Origin: Chiloscyllium plagiosum
Lineage: Eukaryota
Direction of reading: 5' to 3'
Assembly: GCF_004010195.1 (NCBI RefSeq)
Contig: NC_057755.1
Location: 5,211,643-5,275,642, forward strand
Length of the DNA stretch: 64,000 nucleotides
In this document: positions 50,835-63,450 of the stretch, piece by piece
Position numbering within the stretch: position 1 is the stretch's first letter
Layout of the letters: each line of letters starts with the position of its first letter
The notes under the pieces: model-generated
Seen by the model: the letters and a program-made list of their open reading frames with translations, nothing else
Databases searched by the model: none
What the model was told of the DNA's origin: nothing
Translations under genes and position numbers: made by a program

Positions 50835-52120
50835 TATTCATCTGGGAAGTGATGGAAGGTGTCAGCAACAGTGCTATCAAGCAGCACCTGCTCAGCAATA
50901 ACCTGCTCAGTTACGGTTCCACCAGGGCTAATCAGCTCCTCACCTCACTACAGACAAAAGAGCTGTATTCCAGAGGGGAGATGAGATTGACAGCCCTTGA
51001 CCACAGACTGCATTCGACCGAGTGTGGCATCAAGGAGCCGAGCATAACTAAAACCAAGGGGAATCAGGGGGCAAACGTTCTGCTATTTGGAGTCATACCT
51101 GATATATAGGAAAATATACTTGTTAGAGGTCAGTCATCTCTGCTCCAGGACATCTCTGCAGGCGTTCCTCAGGGTAGTGTGCTAGACCCCAACTACCTTC
51201 AGCTGCATCATCATAAGATCAGAAGTGTGGGTGTTCGCTACTGATTGCACAATGTTCAGCATCATTCCCGACGCCTCGGATACTGAAGCAGTCCATGTTG
51301 ATACACAACAAGATCTGGACAATTTCCAGGCTTGGGCTGTCAACTGGCGAGGAACATTCACGGCACACAAACACCAGGCTGTGACTGGCTCCAATAAGAG
51401 ACAATATGACCACTGCCCTATGACATTCAATGGTGTTACCATCACTGCATCCCCCACTATCAACACCATGGGGGGTATTCATTGACCAGAAACTAACTGG
51501 GATAGCCATATAAATGCAGCAGCTGCAAGAGGAGATTTAAGACTGGGAATCTTCCAACAAGTAACCCACCCCCTGACCCCCCAAAGCCTGTCCATCATCG
51601 ACAAGGCACGAGTCAGGAGGGTGAAGGAATATTTTCCACTTGCCTGGATGGGAGCAGCTCCACCAGCTCTCAAGAAGATCGACACCATCCAGGACAAAGC
51701 AGCCCCCGCTTCACTGGCACATCATCCACAAACACCCACTCTCACTATCGCCAACACGTGGTAGCAGAGAGTACTATCTACAAGATGCACTGCAGAAATT
51801 CACTAAAGATCCTTAGATCGCATCTTTCAAAATCATGACCACTTCCATCTAGAAGGAGGAGGTCAGCAAATAGATGGGAATACCAACCGCTACATGTTCC
51901 CCTCCGAGCCATTCACCATCCTGACTTGGAAATATATCGCTGTTCCTTCACTGTCGCTGCATCAAAATCCATTAATTCCCTCCCTAACTAGATTGTGGAT
52001 CAACCCACAGCACATATACTGCAGCGGTTCAAGAAGGCAGCTCACCCCAACCTTCTCAGGCGCAGCGAGGGGTGAGCAATAAACGCTGGTTGCAAACAGT
52101 CAGACCCATGTCTCACAAAT
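50835..52120 (+). mobile_element. CR1/L2-group LINE 3' half inside the GPCR intron
   Basis: GQSS...SAGVPQGSVLDP, FATDCTMFS, QQDLDNFQAWAVNW, KKIDTIQDKAA, then 3' UTR. Confidence 0.88.
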
Positions 52121-52433
52121 GAATTTAGAATATTAAGTCTAAAATTGACACAGGATTAAAAATATTTTTCTTTGTTGTTGTAGTTCGTTTATAACAGCTG
52201 ATCAAGTTAGAGGCATAACGGACATTGATTTGAAATGTTTGGTAAACTTTCTCTTTGTCATTTTATATTTATACATGAATAACTTTTAATGGTATAGTAT
52301 GTAGGTTTGCTAATTGATGTAGATTTACAAAAGTCTAGCACTGGAGAAAGGAGATAACTGTAATTTTTAGCTTTTGTAACGCTACTCTTCACTAATTTTT
52401 TTAATGGGACTATTTGATTTCTTTCCTTTACAG

Positions 52434-53362
52434 CAAATCTAGTCACAACTGTGATTCTCTCTCGGGGTAAATGTGGTCTCTCTAAGTGTGTCACCAGCTA
52501 TCTGATGGGCATGGCTCTGGCAGATCTACTGGTTGTTCTCATTGATCTGATACTAAGACACATTCCAGTTGTGTATTGGCTGAAGTTCATGTTCCTATGG
52601 TATGTGCCTGTATGTAATATACATGCTGTCTTCCTCTATGCTGCGACAGACTGTTCTGTCTGGTTCACCGTTACTTTCACCTTTGACCGTTTTGCAGCTA
52701 TTTGCTGTCAGGAGTTCAAAACAGTGTATTGCACAGAGAAAACTGCAGCTGTTGTTCTTGGAACAATCACTGTGCTATTCTGTTCAAAGAACATTTTCTG
52801 GTATTTTCTGTACACGGGAGAATATCTGCTTGCTAATTATCCCTGGTTTTGCTTCATACCAAGCAGTTTACTTTTCTCAGAGGTCTGGATAGTAATTGAA
52901 TTCCTCCATTATATTTTAAACCCATTAATTCCATTTGTCCTTGTTCTGCTGTTCAACGTATTGACAGTCAGGTATATTGTAGTGGCCAGCAGATCCCGAA
53001 AGAAACTGAAGGGTCACAGCAGATCTGAGAGAGTCTGGGACCCAGAGATGAACAATCGAAGGAAATCAATGAAATTGCTGTTTGTTATATCTGGGAATTT
53101 TGTTCTATTATGGGCGGTGTTTCTTATTTATTTTGTTTGGAGACGTATGTGGTATTTAGGATATAAATCTGTACGGATGCCCGCATTAGTTAGAGAAATT
53201 GGATTCATGCTTCAGCTCCTGAGTTGCTGCACAAATACCTGTACTTATGCTATGACCCAGGCTAAATTCCGAGAGCAATTGAAGAATGGTTTGAAATATC
53301 CATTTAATCTAATTGCGAAAATATTTAAGTCATCAGATGGAATAAAAGCGTCCTGCAGTTAA
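52434..53362 (+). CDS. Exon 2 (main exon) of intact GPR139/GPR142-like class A GPCR; 341 aa with exon 50512-50608
   Basis: TTTCTTTCCTTTACAG acceptor. ANLVTTVILSRGKCGLSKC, MALADLLV, PVCN, SVWFTVTFTFDRFAAICC, PWFCF, DPEMNNRRKS, CCTNTCTYAMTQAKFR. 97+929=1026 nt, in frame. Confidence 0.95.
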
Positions 53363-54114
53363 ATTGCGTCAATTTCTCCATTGGTCTTTGGAGCTGGCTA
53401 TTGAATGAGAAAAATAATCAGAAAACGGAAAAGCTACAGCAGGTCGTCTGTCAGGTGTTATACACTCGTGTTTATTTTGATAATAGGTCACCCACACCAC
53501 GCAATGTTTATGGTTTGTGCAAATACCATGTTCTGACATTACCAGTCCAAAAATAGGACTGGAAATGTAACAAAACTAAACTGCCACACACGAAATCAGT
53601 ATGCCCAGCACAAGACACGACAACGATTTTGAGAAAGGTTATAAGAAAGTGAAAACGTGCTCGATGAGTGAAATTGCACAACAGTAGTTCTGTCCTGGTT
53701 TGAAATTGAGCGATAGTTCTGCTGTTCTTTGCCACAATGAAGCAAATTTGTGAAACACATAATTCACCTTCAGCAAAATTTTTTTAAAATCTGCACTCCA
53801 GGGTTCTCAAAGGTTAACCTGATGGGTAGTGATATCTCTCGCGTATGACAATGCATCATTGAAGCTGTAGAAATAATTGTATAAGTTTAGGTGTTTCATC
53901 ATGAAAAGGAGGCAGAAAAGAAGATTTGAGACACCTCCAGGAAGCTGTTTAGTGCAAATTCTAGAACGATCTAATGATAAGCGATTTGAGCAGGTTTATA
54001 TTTGCTGTCAATTATTGTCGAGATCATGTATGCCTCAAAGCTGCTCAATGTTTAACTGGTTCAAAGTATGTTTTTCAACTGGCCGAAGAATTACGTAAGT
54101 CAAGTAAAGTTTAT

Positions 54115-57100
54115 CCATCCATCCTCTCACTCTGTGCATCTCTCTCTATATATCCCACCCTCACTCTGTGCGCCTCTCATGATCTATACCCCCTCACTCT
54201 GTGCATGTCTCACTATGTTTTACCCTCTCACTCTGTGCATCTCCCTCTATATATCCCACCCTCACTCTGTGCATCTCTCACTCTTTATCCCCCCTCACTC
54301 TGCGCATCTCTCACCATCTATCCCTCTCTCGCTCCATGCATCTCTCACGACCTATCCCACCTCACTCTGTGCGTCTCTTACTGTATATCCCAGCTTCATT
54401 CTGTGAATCTCTCCCTATCTTTACCTCCTCACTCTGTGCATCCCCCACTAGCTATACCCGCTCGCTCTATGCATCTCTTACTATCTATCCCACCCTCACT
54501 CTGTGTGTCTCTCACTGTCTATCCCGCCCTCATTCTGTGTTTCTCTCACTCTCGATACACCTTCACCCTGTTCGACTCTCACTATCTACCTCCCCTCATT
54601 CTATGTGTCTCTCAAAATCTATACCCCCTCATTCTATGCGTCTCTCACTATCTATACCCCGTCATTCTGTGCGTCTCTCACTATCTTTCCCCTTTCACTC
54701 TATGCATCTCTCACTATCGATCCACCCTCACTCTTTGCGTCTCTCACTATCTATCCATCCTAACTCTGTGCATCTCTCACTATCTATACCCCCTCACTCT
54801 GTGCATGTATCACCCTGTATTACCATCTCACTCTGTGNNNNNNNNNNNNNNNNNNNNNNNNNNNNNNNNNNNNNNNNNNNNNNNNNNNNNNNNNNNNNNN
54901 NNNNNNNNNNNNNNNNNNNNNNNNNNNNNNNNNNNNNNNNNNNNNNNNNNNNNNNNNNNNNNNNNNNNNNNNNNNNNNNNNNNNNNNNNNNNNNNNNNNN
55001 NNNNNNNNNNNNNNNNNNNNNNNNNNNNNNNNNNNNNNNNNNNNNNNNNNNNNNNNNNNNNNNNNNNNNNNNNNNNNNNNNNNNNNNNNNNNNNNNNNNN
55101 NNNNNNNNNNNNNNNNNNNNNNNNNNNNNNNNNNNNNNNNNNNNNNNNNNNNNNNNNNNNNNNNNNNNNNNNNNNNNNNNNNNNNNNNNNNNNNNNNNNN
55201 NNNNNNNNNNNNNNNNNNNNNNNNNNNNNNNNNNNNNNNNNNNNNNNNNNNNNNNNNNNNNNNNNNNNNNNNNNNNNNNNNNNNNNNNNNNNNNNNNNNN
55301 NNNNNNNNNNNNNNNNNNNNNNNNNNNNNNNNNNNNNTGTGCGTCTTTCACGATCTATCCTCCCTCACTCTGTGCATCTCTCACTATCTCTCCCACCCTC
55401 ACTCTTTGCATCTCTCACTCTCTATTCCACCCTTACTCTGTGCGTCTCTCACTATCTATCCCCATCAGTCCTTGCATCTCTCACTACCTATCCACCTCAT
55501 CTGTGCGTTTCTCACTATCTATCACATTTCACTCTGTGTGTCTCTCACTATCTATCTCACCTCACTCTATGCATCTCACACTATCTATCCTTCCTTCACT
55601 CTGTGCGTTTAACACTATTTAGCCCCCCTCACGATGTGCATCTCTCACAATCTATCCTCATCTCTCTGTTTGTCTATCACTATCTCTCCCCTCTCACTCT
55701 GTGGGTCTCTCATGATCCATCCCACCTCACTCTGTGCGTCTCTCACTATCTATCATATCCTTACTCCGTGCGTCTCTCAATATCTATCTTCCCTCATCAG
55801 TGTGTCTGTGACAAGTTATCCCATGTTCACTCTGTGCGGCTCTCACTATCTATCTCCCCTCACTCCGTGCATCACTTACTCTCGACCCCCATACTCTTTG
55901 CATCTCTCACCATATTTCTCCCGTCATTCTAACCGTCTCTGACTATCTTTGCCCCATCACTCTGTGGGCCTCTCACGATTTATCCACCGCATCACTCCGT
56001 GTATCTCTCACCATCTATCCCACCCTCACTTTGTGGGTCTCGCACTATCTATCCCCTCTCACTCTGTGCGTCTCTCATGATCTATCCTCCCTCACTCTGT
56101 GCATCTCTCACTATCTATCCCACCCTTACTCTGTGTGTCTCTCACTATTTCTCCCATCCTCACTCCGGGCATCTCTCACTATCTATTCCTCTCACACTCT
56201 GTTCACCTCTACTAACTATCCCACCCTCACTCTGTGTCCCTCACTATCTATCCCCCGTCACTCTGTGCGTCTCTCACTATCTATCCCACCCTCATCTGTG
56301 TGTCTGTAAGTATTTATCCAATATTCATTCTGTGCGTCTCTCACTATCTATCACCCCTCACTCTGTACAGCTCTTACTCTTAATCCCCCATACTCTTTGC
56401 GTCTCTCACCATCTATCTCCCTTCATTCTAACCGTCTCTCACTATCTTTGCCCCCTCACTCTGTGAGTCTCTCACGATTTATCCACCGCATCAGTCCGTG
56501 TATATCTCACCATCTATCACACCCTCACTCTGTGCGTCTCTCACTATCTATCCCTCCTCACTTTGTGCGTCTCTCACGATCTATCCTCCCTCACTCTGTG
56601 CGTCTCTACTATCTATCCCATCCTTACTCTGTGCGTCTCTCACTATTTCTCTCATCCTCACTCAGTGCGTCTCTCACAATAAATCCCTCTCACACTCTGT
56701 TCATCTCTACTAACTATCCCACCCTCACTCTGTGTCCCTCACTATCTCTGCCCCCTCACTCTGTGCATCTCTCACTATCTATCCCATCCTCATCTGTGTG
56801 TCTGCAGCTATTTATCCCCTGTTCACTCTGTGCGTCTCTCACTATCTATCTCCCCTCACTCTGTGCATCTCTTACTCTTAATCGCCATACTCTTTGCGTC
56901 TCTCACCATATATCTCCCTTCATTCTAACCGTCTCTCACTACGTTTGCCTCATCACTCTGTGAGACTCTCACGATGTATCGACCGCATCACTCCATGTAT
57001 CTCTCACTATCTATCCCACCCTCACTTTGTGCGTCTCTCACTATCTATCCCTCCCTCACTCTATTCATCTCTCACTGACTATCCTACCTCCACTCTGTGC

Positions 57101-58812
57101 GTCTCTCACTTTCTATCCCCCTCACTCTGTGCGTCTCTCACGATCTATCCTCCCTCTCTCTGTGCGTCTCTCACTATCTATCCCTCCCACACTCTGTTCA
57201 TCTCTACTAACTATCCCACCCTCACTCTGTGTCCCTCACTATCTCTCCCCCCTCACTCTGTGCGTCTCTCACTATCTATTCCACCCTCACTCTGTGCATC
57301 TCACACTATTTACCTGTACTTTCTCCGTGCATCTCTCACTATCTCTCTCCCCTCACTCTATGCATCTCTCACTATCGATACCGCATAACTCTGTGCATCT
57401 TCCACAATCTATTCCCTTCTCTCTTTGTCTCTCTCATTATCTATCCCCCTTCAGTATGTGCATCTCTCACTCACTATCCCCCCTCAGTCTGTGCGTCTCT
57501 CACTATCTATCTCCCCTCATTATATGCTTTTCTCACTGTCTATACCCCTTCACTGTGGGCGTCTCTCACTATCTATCCATTCACTCTTTGCGTCTCTCAC
57601 TATCAATCCGCCCTTACTCTGTGCGTCTCTCACTATCTATAACCCCTCACTTTGTGCATTCTCTCACTATCTAGCCCACCCTCACTCTATGCATGTACCA
57701 CTATCTATCCCATGCTCACTCTGTCCGTCTCTCACTATCTATTTCCCCTCATTATATTCTTCTCTCCCTGTCTATACCATTTCACTGTGGGCGTCTCTCA
57801 CTATCTATACCCACACTCTATGCGTCTCTCACTATCTCTCCCCTCACTCTGTGCGTCTCTCACTACCTATCCACCTAATTAAAAGCGCCTATCACTATCT
57901 ATACACCCTCGCTCTCTGCATCACTCACTACCTATCCCACCCTCACTCTGTGCATCTCTCTCTATTTAACCCCATCGCTGTGCGTCTCTTACTATCCACA
58001 CCCTCTCACTCTGTGCGTCTTTCACTATCTATCATCCCTCAAACTGTGCATCTCTCACTTTCTATCCCACCCTCACTCTGTGCATCTCTCACTATCTATC
58101 CCCCACACACTGTGAGTCTCTCACTATCTATTCCACGCTCAGTCTGTGCATCTCTCATTATCTAACCCCCTCACGCCGTGCTTCTCTCAGTACCTATCCT
58201 CCCTCACTCTGCGTTTCTCTCACTGTCTATCCGTCCTCACTCTCTGTATCTCTCACTACCTAGCTCCCTCACTCTGTGCATCTCTCATTACCTATCCTCC
58301 TTCACTCTGTGTGTCTCTCACTATCGATACCCCCTCCTCTGTGCACTTCTCACTATCTAACCCCTACACTCTCTGCGTCTCTCAATACCTATCCCACGCT
58401 CACTCTCTGCATCTCTCACTATCTATCCTCCTCACTCTGTGTCTATCCCTATTGATTCCCCCTCACTCTATGTGTCTCTTCCGATTGATTTCCCCCCTCA
58501 CTCTGAAGGTCTCTCACTATCAATCCCCCCACTCTGTTCATTTCTCATTATCTGTCCACTTCTCCTTCTGTGTGTCTCTCCCACTATCTTTCCATCCCAT
58601 CATTCTGTGTGTCTGCCTTACTATCTATCCACCCCTGCACAGTGTGGGTTTCTCACTTTCTATACATCTTCTCACTCAGTGCGTCTCTCACTTTCAATTG
58701 CCCCTCACTCTGTGCATCACTCACTGTCAATCCAACCTCTCATTTTTTGGGTCTCTCACTATCTATTCTCCTTTACTCTGTTTGTCGCTCACTATCTATC
58801 CACCCTCACTCT
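54115..58812. repeat. Satellite/minisatellite array, ~33-34 bp unit (CTCACTCTGTGCGTCTCTCACTATCTATCCCACC), with gap 54838-55337
   Basis: Unit is visible throughout the array, with a higher-order period of ~498 bp in the middle. Confidence 0.95.
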
Positions 58813-59499
58813 GTGTTTGTGTGTGTGTATGTATGTGTGTGTGTGTGTTTGTGTGTTTGTGTGTGTGTGTGTGTGCCCATCGCTCTGTCTGTCTGTCTTC
58901 CTCCCCCTTATTATCTGCCTTTCTCTCTATATCTGTCCAATTTTCTTTGTCTCTCCATTTACGTGTCTGACCCTGGCAGCCTCTGCATCTTTTTTTCCTT
59001 TGTCTCTACCTCCTATCCCTCTGTCACACACTCTCTATGACAGCCTCTCTGTACTTATCTCTCTCTCTCTTCTGTCTCTGATTCTCTTCCTCTCTCCTTC
59101 TCTCTGTCTCGTGCAGCCTCTCATTGTTTCTTTCTCTGTCTCGTCTCTTTCTGTCCTTCGCACACTTTATCTCTCTTCTCTCAGTCACACATTCCCCTGA
59201 TAAATAGTCCATATTAACAAATCTCTTTCCGTGGGTCTGTTTTCAACAAGATCTCAGCTTTTCCACAATGACTGTGATAGTTCTGCACATTACTGCAGAG
59301 CAGACAGCTCGATGCAAACAAACAAAGGGATTCCTTCAGCAAAACATTGTGAAATTCCTTTCTCATCACCAGATGGTCACCAAGTTCCACAGGTTTCCTT
59401 CTCCTTCTATTCTAACTTAATTTCACGTCGCCAAAGGCAGCAAATGTTAAGATCAAATTGACACTGTCCCCTGTGACCGCCTCTACATAACCCACTCCA

Positions 59500-62400
59500 T
59501 CTCAGAACATAGAAAGTACACCACAGCTCAGGCTCTTTGTCCCTTGATTTTGTGCTAATCATTTCTCCTCCTCTAAGATCAGACTAACCTACATACATTT
59601 CATTTTGCTGATATCAATGTGCCTATCCAAGAGTCGATAAAATGTCCCTGTTGCAATTGACTCTACTACCACTCTGGCAGTGCATTCCACACACCCACTC
59701 TCTGTGTAGAGAACCGACCTCTAACATCTCCCCTAAACCTTCCTCCAAACATTATGCTCCTTCGTGATAGCCAGTTGCACCCTGGGAAAAATTTCTGGCT
59801 ATCCACTCTATCTGTGCCTCTCATCATCTTCTTCACCGCTATTCATAGATCTCTCATTCTTTTTCGCTCCAATGAGAATAACCCTAACTCCCTCAAGCTT
59901 TCTTTATAAGACATGCCCTCCAGTCCAGGCAGCATCCTGGTAAAGCTCCTCTGCACCCTCTCTAAAGCTTTAACATCCTTCCTATAATGAGGCGAACAGA
60001 ACTGAACACAATATTCCTAGTGTGGTCTCACCAGGACTTTAAAGAGCTGCAGCATATCATCGCGGTTTTTATATGCAATCCCTCTGCCAATGAAAGCCAA
60101 CACACGATATGCCTTCTTAACAAACCTACCAACTTTGGCGGCAATTTTGTGGGATCTATGAATATAGATGCTAAGATCCCTCTCTCCTCTACACTGCCAA
60201 GAATGAATCACTTCACACTTTTCCAGGTTGACCTGCATCTGCCACTTCTCAGCCCAGCTCTGCATTTTGTCAATGTCATTGCAACCGACAACAACCGTCC
60301 ACACTATTCACCACTCCACCAACCATCGTGCCGTCCGCAGATAGGTACCCAAACGTCTCGTTCCTTATCCAAGTAATTTAGAAAAATCATGAAGATTAGA
60401 TGTAAAAAAGCAGATCTCTGTGGAACACCACTGGTCACTGAGCTCCAAGCTGTAAACTTTCCACCTACCACCACCCTGTGTCTTCTACTGGCCAGCCAAT
60501 GTTATGTCCAGACAGACATGTTTCCTTCTATCCCATGCCTCCTTACCTTCGGAATGAGCCTGCTTGGGGAACCTAATCAAGCGCCTAACTAAAATCCATA
60601 TTCACCACATCCACTGCTCTCCCTTCATCAATGTGTTTTGTCACTTATTCAAATAGTTTACTAAGTTTTGTGAGTCATGACCTGCCCATCACAGAGCGAT
60701 GCTGACTATCTCAAATCAAGCTGTGTTTTTCAAAATAATCGTATATCCGGTCTCTCGGATTCCACTCTAGTAATTTGCCCAGCAGTGATGTAACACTGAC
60801 TGGTCTATCATTCCCCAGGTTATGCTTATTCCCTTTGTTGATCAAGGGAATGACATTTGCCACCATCCAATAATCTGGTACTACTCCAGTAGACAGTGAG
60901 GATGCAAAGATCATTGCCAAATGCGCAGCAATCGCTTCCCTTGTTTCCCGTTGTAACCTAGGGTATATCCCGTTGGCCCGGGGGTCTTAACTATCCTCAC
61001 GTTTTTCAAAGTTTCCAGCAACTGCCCGATCAACTGTCTATCCATCCTCACAGGCTCTCTGTACATTGCATCTGCCTGTTCACCAGCCACCCCATCCTTT
61101 GATCCGGAGCTCTGGCTCCCATCACCCTGCCAAACTAGTTATCCTCCTTCTAAATATCAACCTGCTGAAGCTTAACAGCCAGGTTCACGCTGTCCTCAAA
61201 CACGACAAGATCCTTCTCACTAGTGAATACTGAAGCAATATGTTCATTAAGTCCTCCCATACCTCCACCGACTCCAGCACAAGTCCTCTCCACCATTCCT
61301 CACTCGGGCCATCCTCTTGTTCATCACAAAAGTGTAGAACATCTTAGGGTTTTCCTTAATCTTACCCGCCAATGCTGTTTCATACCCCTTCACGTTCTCC
61401 TATGTCCATTCTTCAGTTTCTTTCTGGATGCTTGAAACCATCTACAGCCTTGTCTAATCCATGCTTCCACAACCTTAAGTAAGCTTCCTTCTTCCTCTGG
61501 ACTCGATGTTCCCCATCTCTTGTTACCGAAGGTTCCTTTGCCCTAAAATCCCTTCCTTGCCTCAGTGGGACTAACCTATCCAGCACTACCAGCAACGTGC
61601 TTCCTAAACAATCTCTACATTTCTGTTGTACATTTCCCTGAGAACACCTGTTCGTAATTTGGGCGTCTCAGTTTCTACCCAATAGCACTGTAACCTCCAC
61701 TCCTTTTCATACCGTCTGCTCCGATTTTTCTCCATCACTACAGTGAATGTCAGGGAGTTGTGATCACTATCACCGAAATTGTCTCCCACCAAGAGATCCG
61801 ACGCCTGACCTGGTTCGTTGTCAAATGCCAAATCCAATATAGCCTCCACTCTTGTCGGCCTATCTACATATTGAGTCAAGAATCCTTCCTGGACACGCCT
61901 GACAAAGCCTGCTCCATCAAAACTATTTGCACTAATGAGCTTCCAATCGATATTGGAAAAGTTGAAGTCACCCATGACAACAACCTTTTACTTCTGCACT
62001 TTTCCGAAATCTGCCTCCCAATCTGCTCCTCCGTGTCTCTGTTGCTATTGGCGTGTCTGTAGAAAACTCCCAATAAGGTGACTGTTCCTTCCTGTTTTTG
62101 ACTTCCACTCCAAATGACTCAGTAGACAGAACCTCTTCGATGACCTCCCTTTCTGCAGCTGTGATGCAATTCCTGGTTAGCAACGGCAGTTTCCCACCAC
62201 TTTTACCTCTCTCCCTATTACTTTTGAAACATCTGAATCGCAGAACATCCAACAACCTTTCCTGCTTCTGTGATATCCAAGTCTCCACAATGTCTACAAC
62301 ATAGTAGCTTCAAGTATTGATCCATGCTGTAAGTTCATCTCTCTTATTCCTGGCACTCCTTGTGATAAAAGGGACACACTTCAACCCATGACACTGACTG

Positions 62401-63450
62401 CAACTTTGCCCTATCAGGTGCCTATCTCTCCTCACAGGCTCTCTGTACGCTGCATCTGCCTGTTCACCAGTTATCCCATCCTCTGATCTCTCGCTTTGGT
62501 TCACATTACCCTGCTAAACTAGTTAAAACCTTCCAAAGAGCTCTAGCAAACCTCCAACCCAGGATATTGGTGCCCCCTCCAGTTTATGTAAAAACTCTTC
62601 CTTGTACTGGTCCCATTTTCCCCAGAAGGTATCCCAAAACCAACATACCTGAGGCCCTCCCTTTGTCACCAGTCCTGCAGACACATGTTTAGCTGCATTC
62701 ATTCTCCACGCCCCACTAAACCGTGTGCAATCCTGAGATAACTACTCTGCTCGTCCTGCCTTTTAGCTTTCAACCTTACTCCCTGTATTCACTTTGCAAG
62801 TCCTTATCCCATTTATTAGCCATGTCATCGGTACCGATGTGTACCACGAATCTGGCTGCTCACTTCCCCTTTAAGATTCCTGCAGACTAAATCCGAGACA
62901 TTCCTGACCCCGACACCGGGAGGCAAATGTCATCCGATAGTCTCGGTCGTGAAGAGAGAATCTCCTGTCTGTTTGTCTCACTGTTGAAACTCCTGTCACT
63001 ATCGCTCTCATATTAGCCCCCTTTCCGTTTTGAGCCACAGAGCCAGGCTCAGTGCCAAAGACCTGGGCGCTGTGGCTTTCCCTTGGTAGGTTGTCCCCCC
63101 ACCCAACCCCAACAGTTTCCATCGTGGTACACTGTTTATTGAGGGGAACGGCCACTGGGGATACCTGCACAGTCTGCCTATTCCCTTTCTTTCTCCTGAC
63201 GGTCAGCCAGTTAGCTTTATCTTGTAACTTGGATACGACTACCTGATTATAATGCCTCCATATCAGTCCCTCAGACTCCCGAATGATCCGAAGTTCATCC
63301 AGCTGCAGCTCCAGCTCCACTTCCCTGATGTGGTCTTTGAGGAGCTGGAGTTGGGTGCATCTCTCGTGGGTGAAGCTGGCAGGGACCCTTATCGCCCACA
63401 TTCTGCAAGTGGAGCATGCAACTGCCCTGGCTTCCATTCCTTCCACTCTA
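59500..63450 (-). mobile_element. Near full-span decayed CR1/HER1 LINE (ORF1, endonuclease, RT with deletions, 3' end)
   Basis: VACSTCRMW...CTQLQLL, GDFNFSNIDW...GDSDHNSL, VPDYWMVANVIPL...DRPVSVTS, WAEKWQM, LFKVLVRPH. Confidence 0.9.

Noticed and set aside
52434..53362. Assigning the symbol GPR139
   Set aside because: There are multiple divergent paralogs, and orthology cannot be established without a phylogeny.
54115..58812. CRISPR-like periodicity
   Set aside because: Units are contiguous with no unique spacers, the context is eukaryotic, and there are no cas genes.
53974..59200. Long ORFs (up to 652 aa) rich in S, L, C and H
   Set aside because: They are translations of the 34-bp satellite and run through an N gap.
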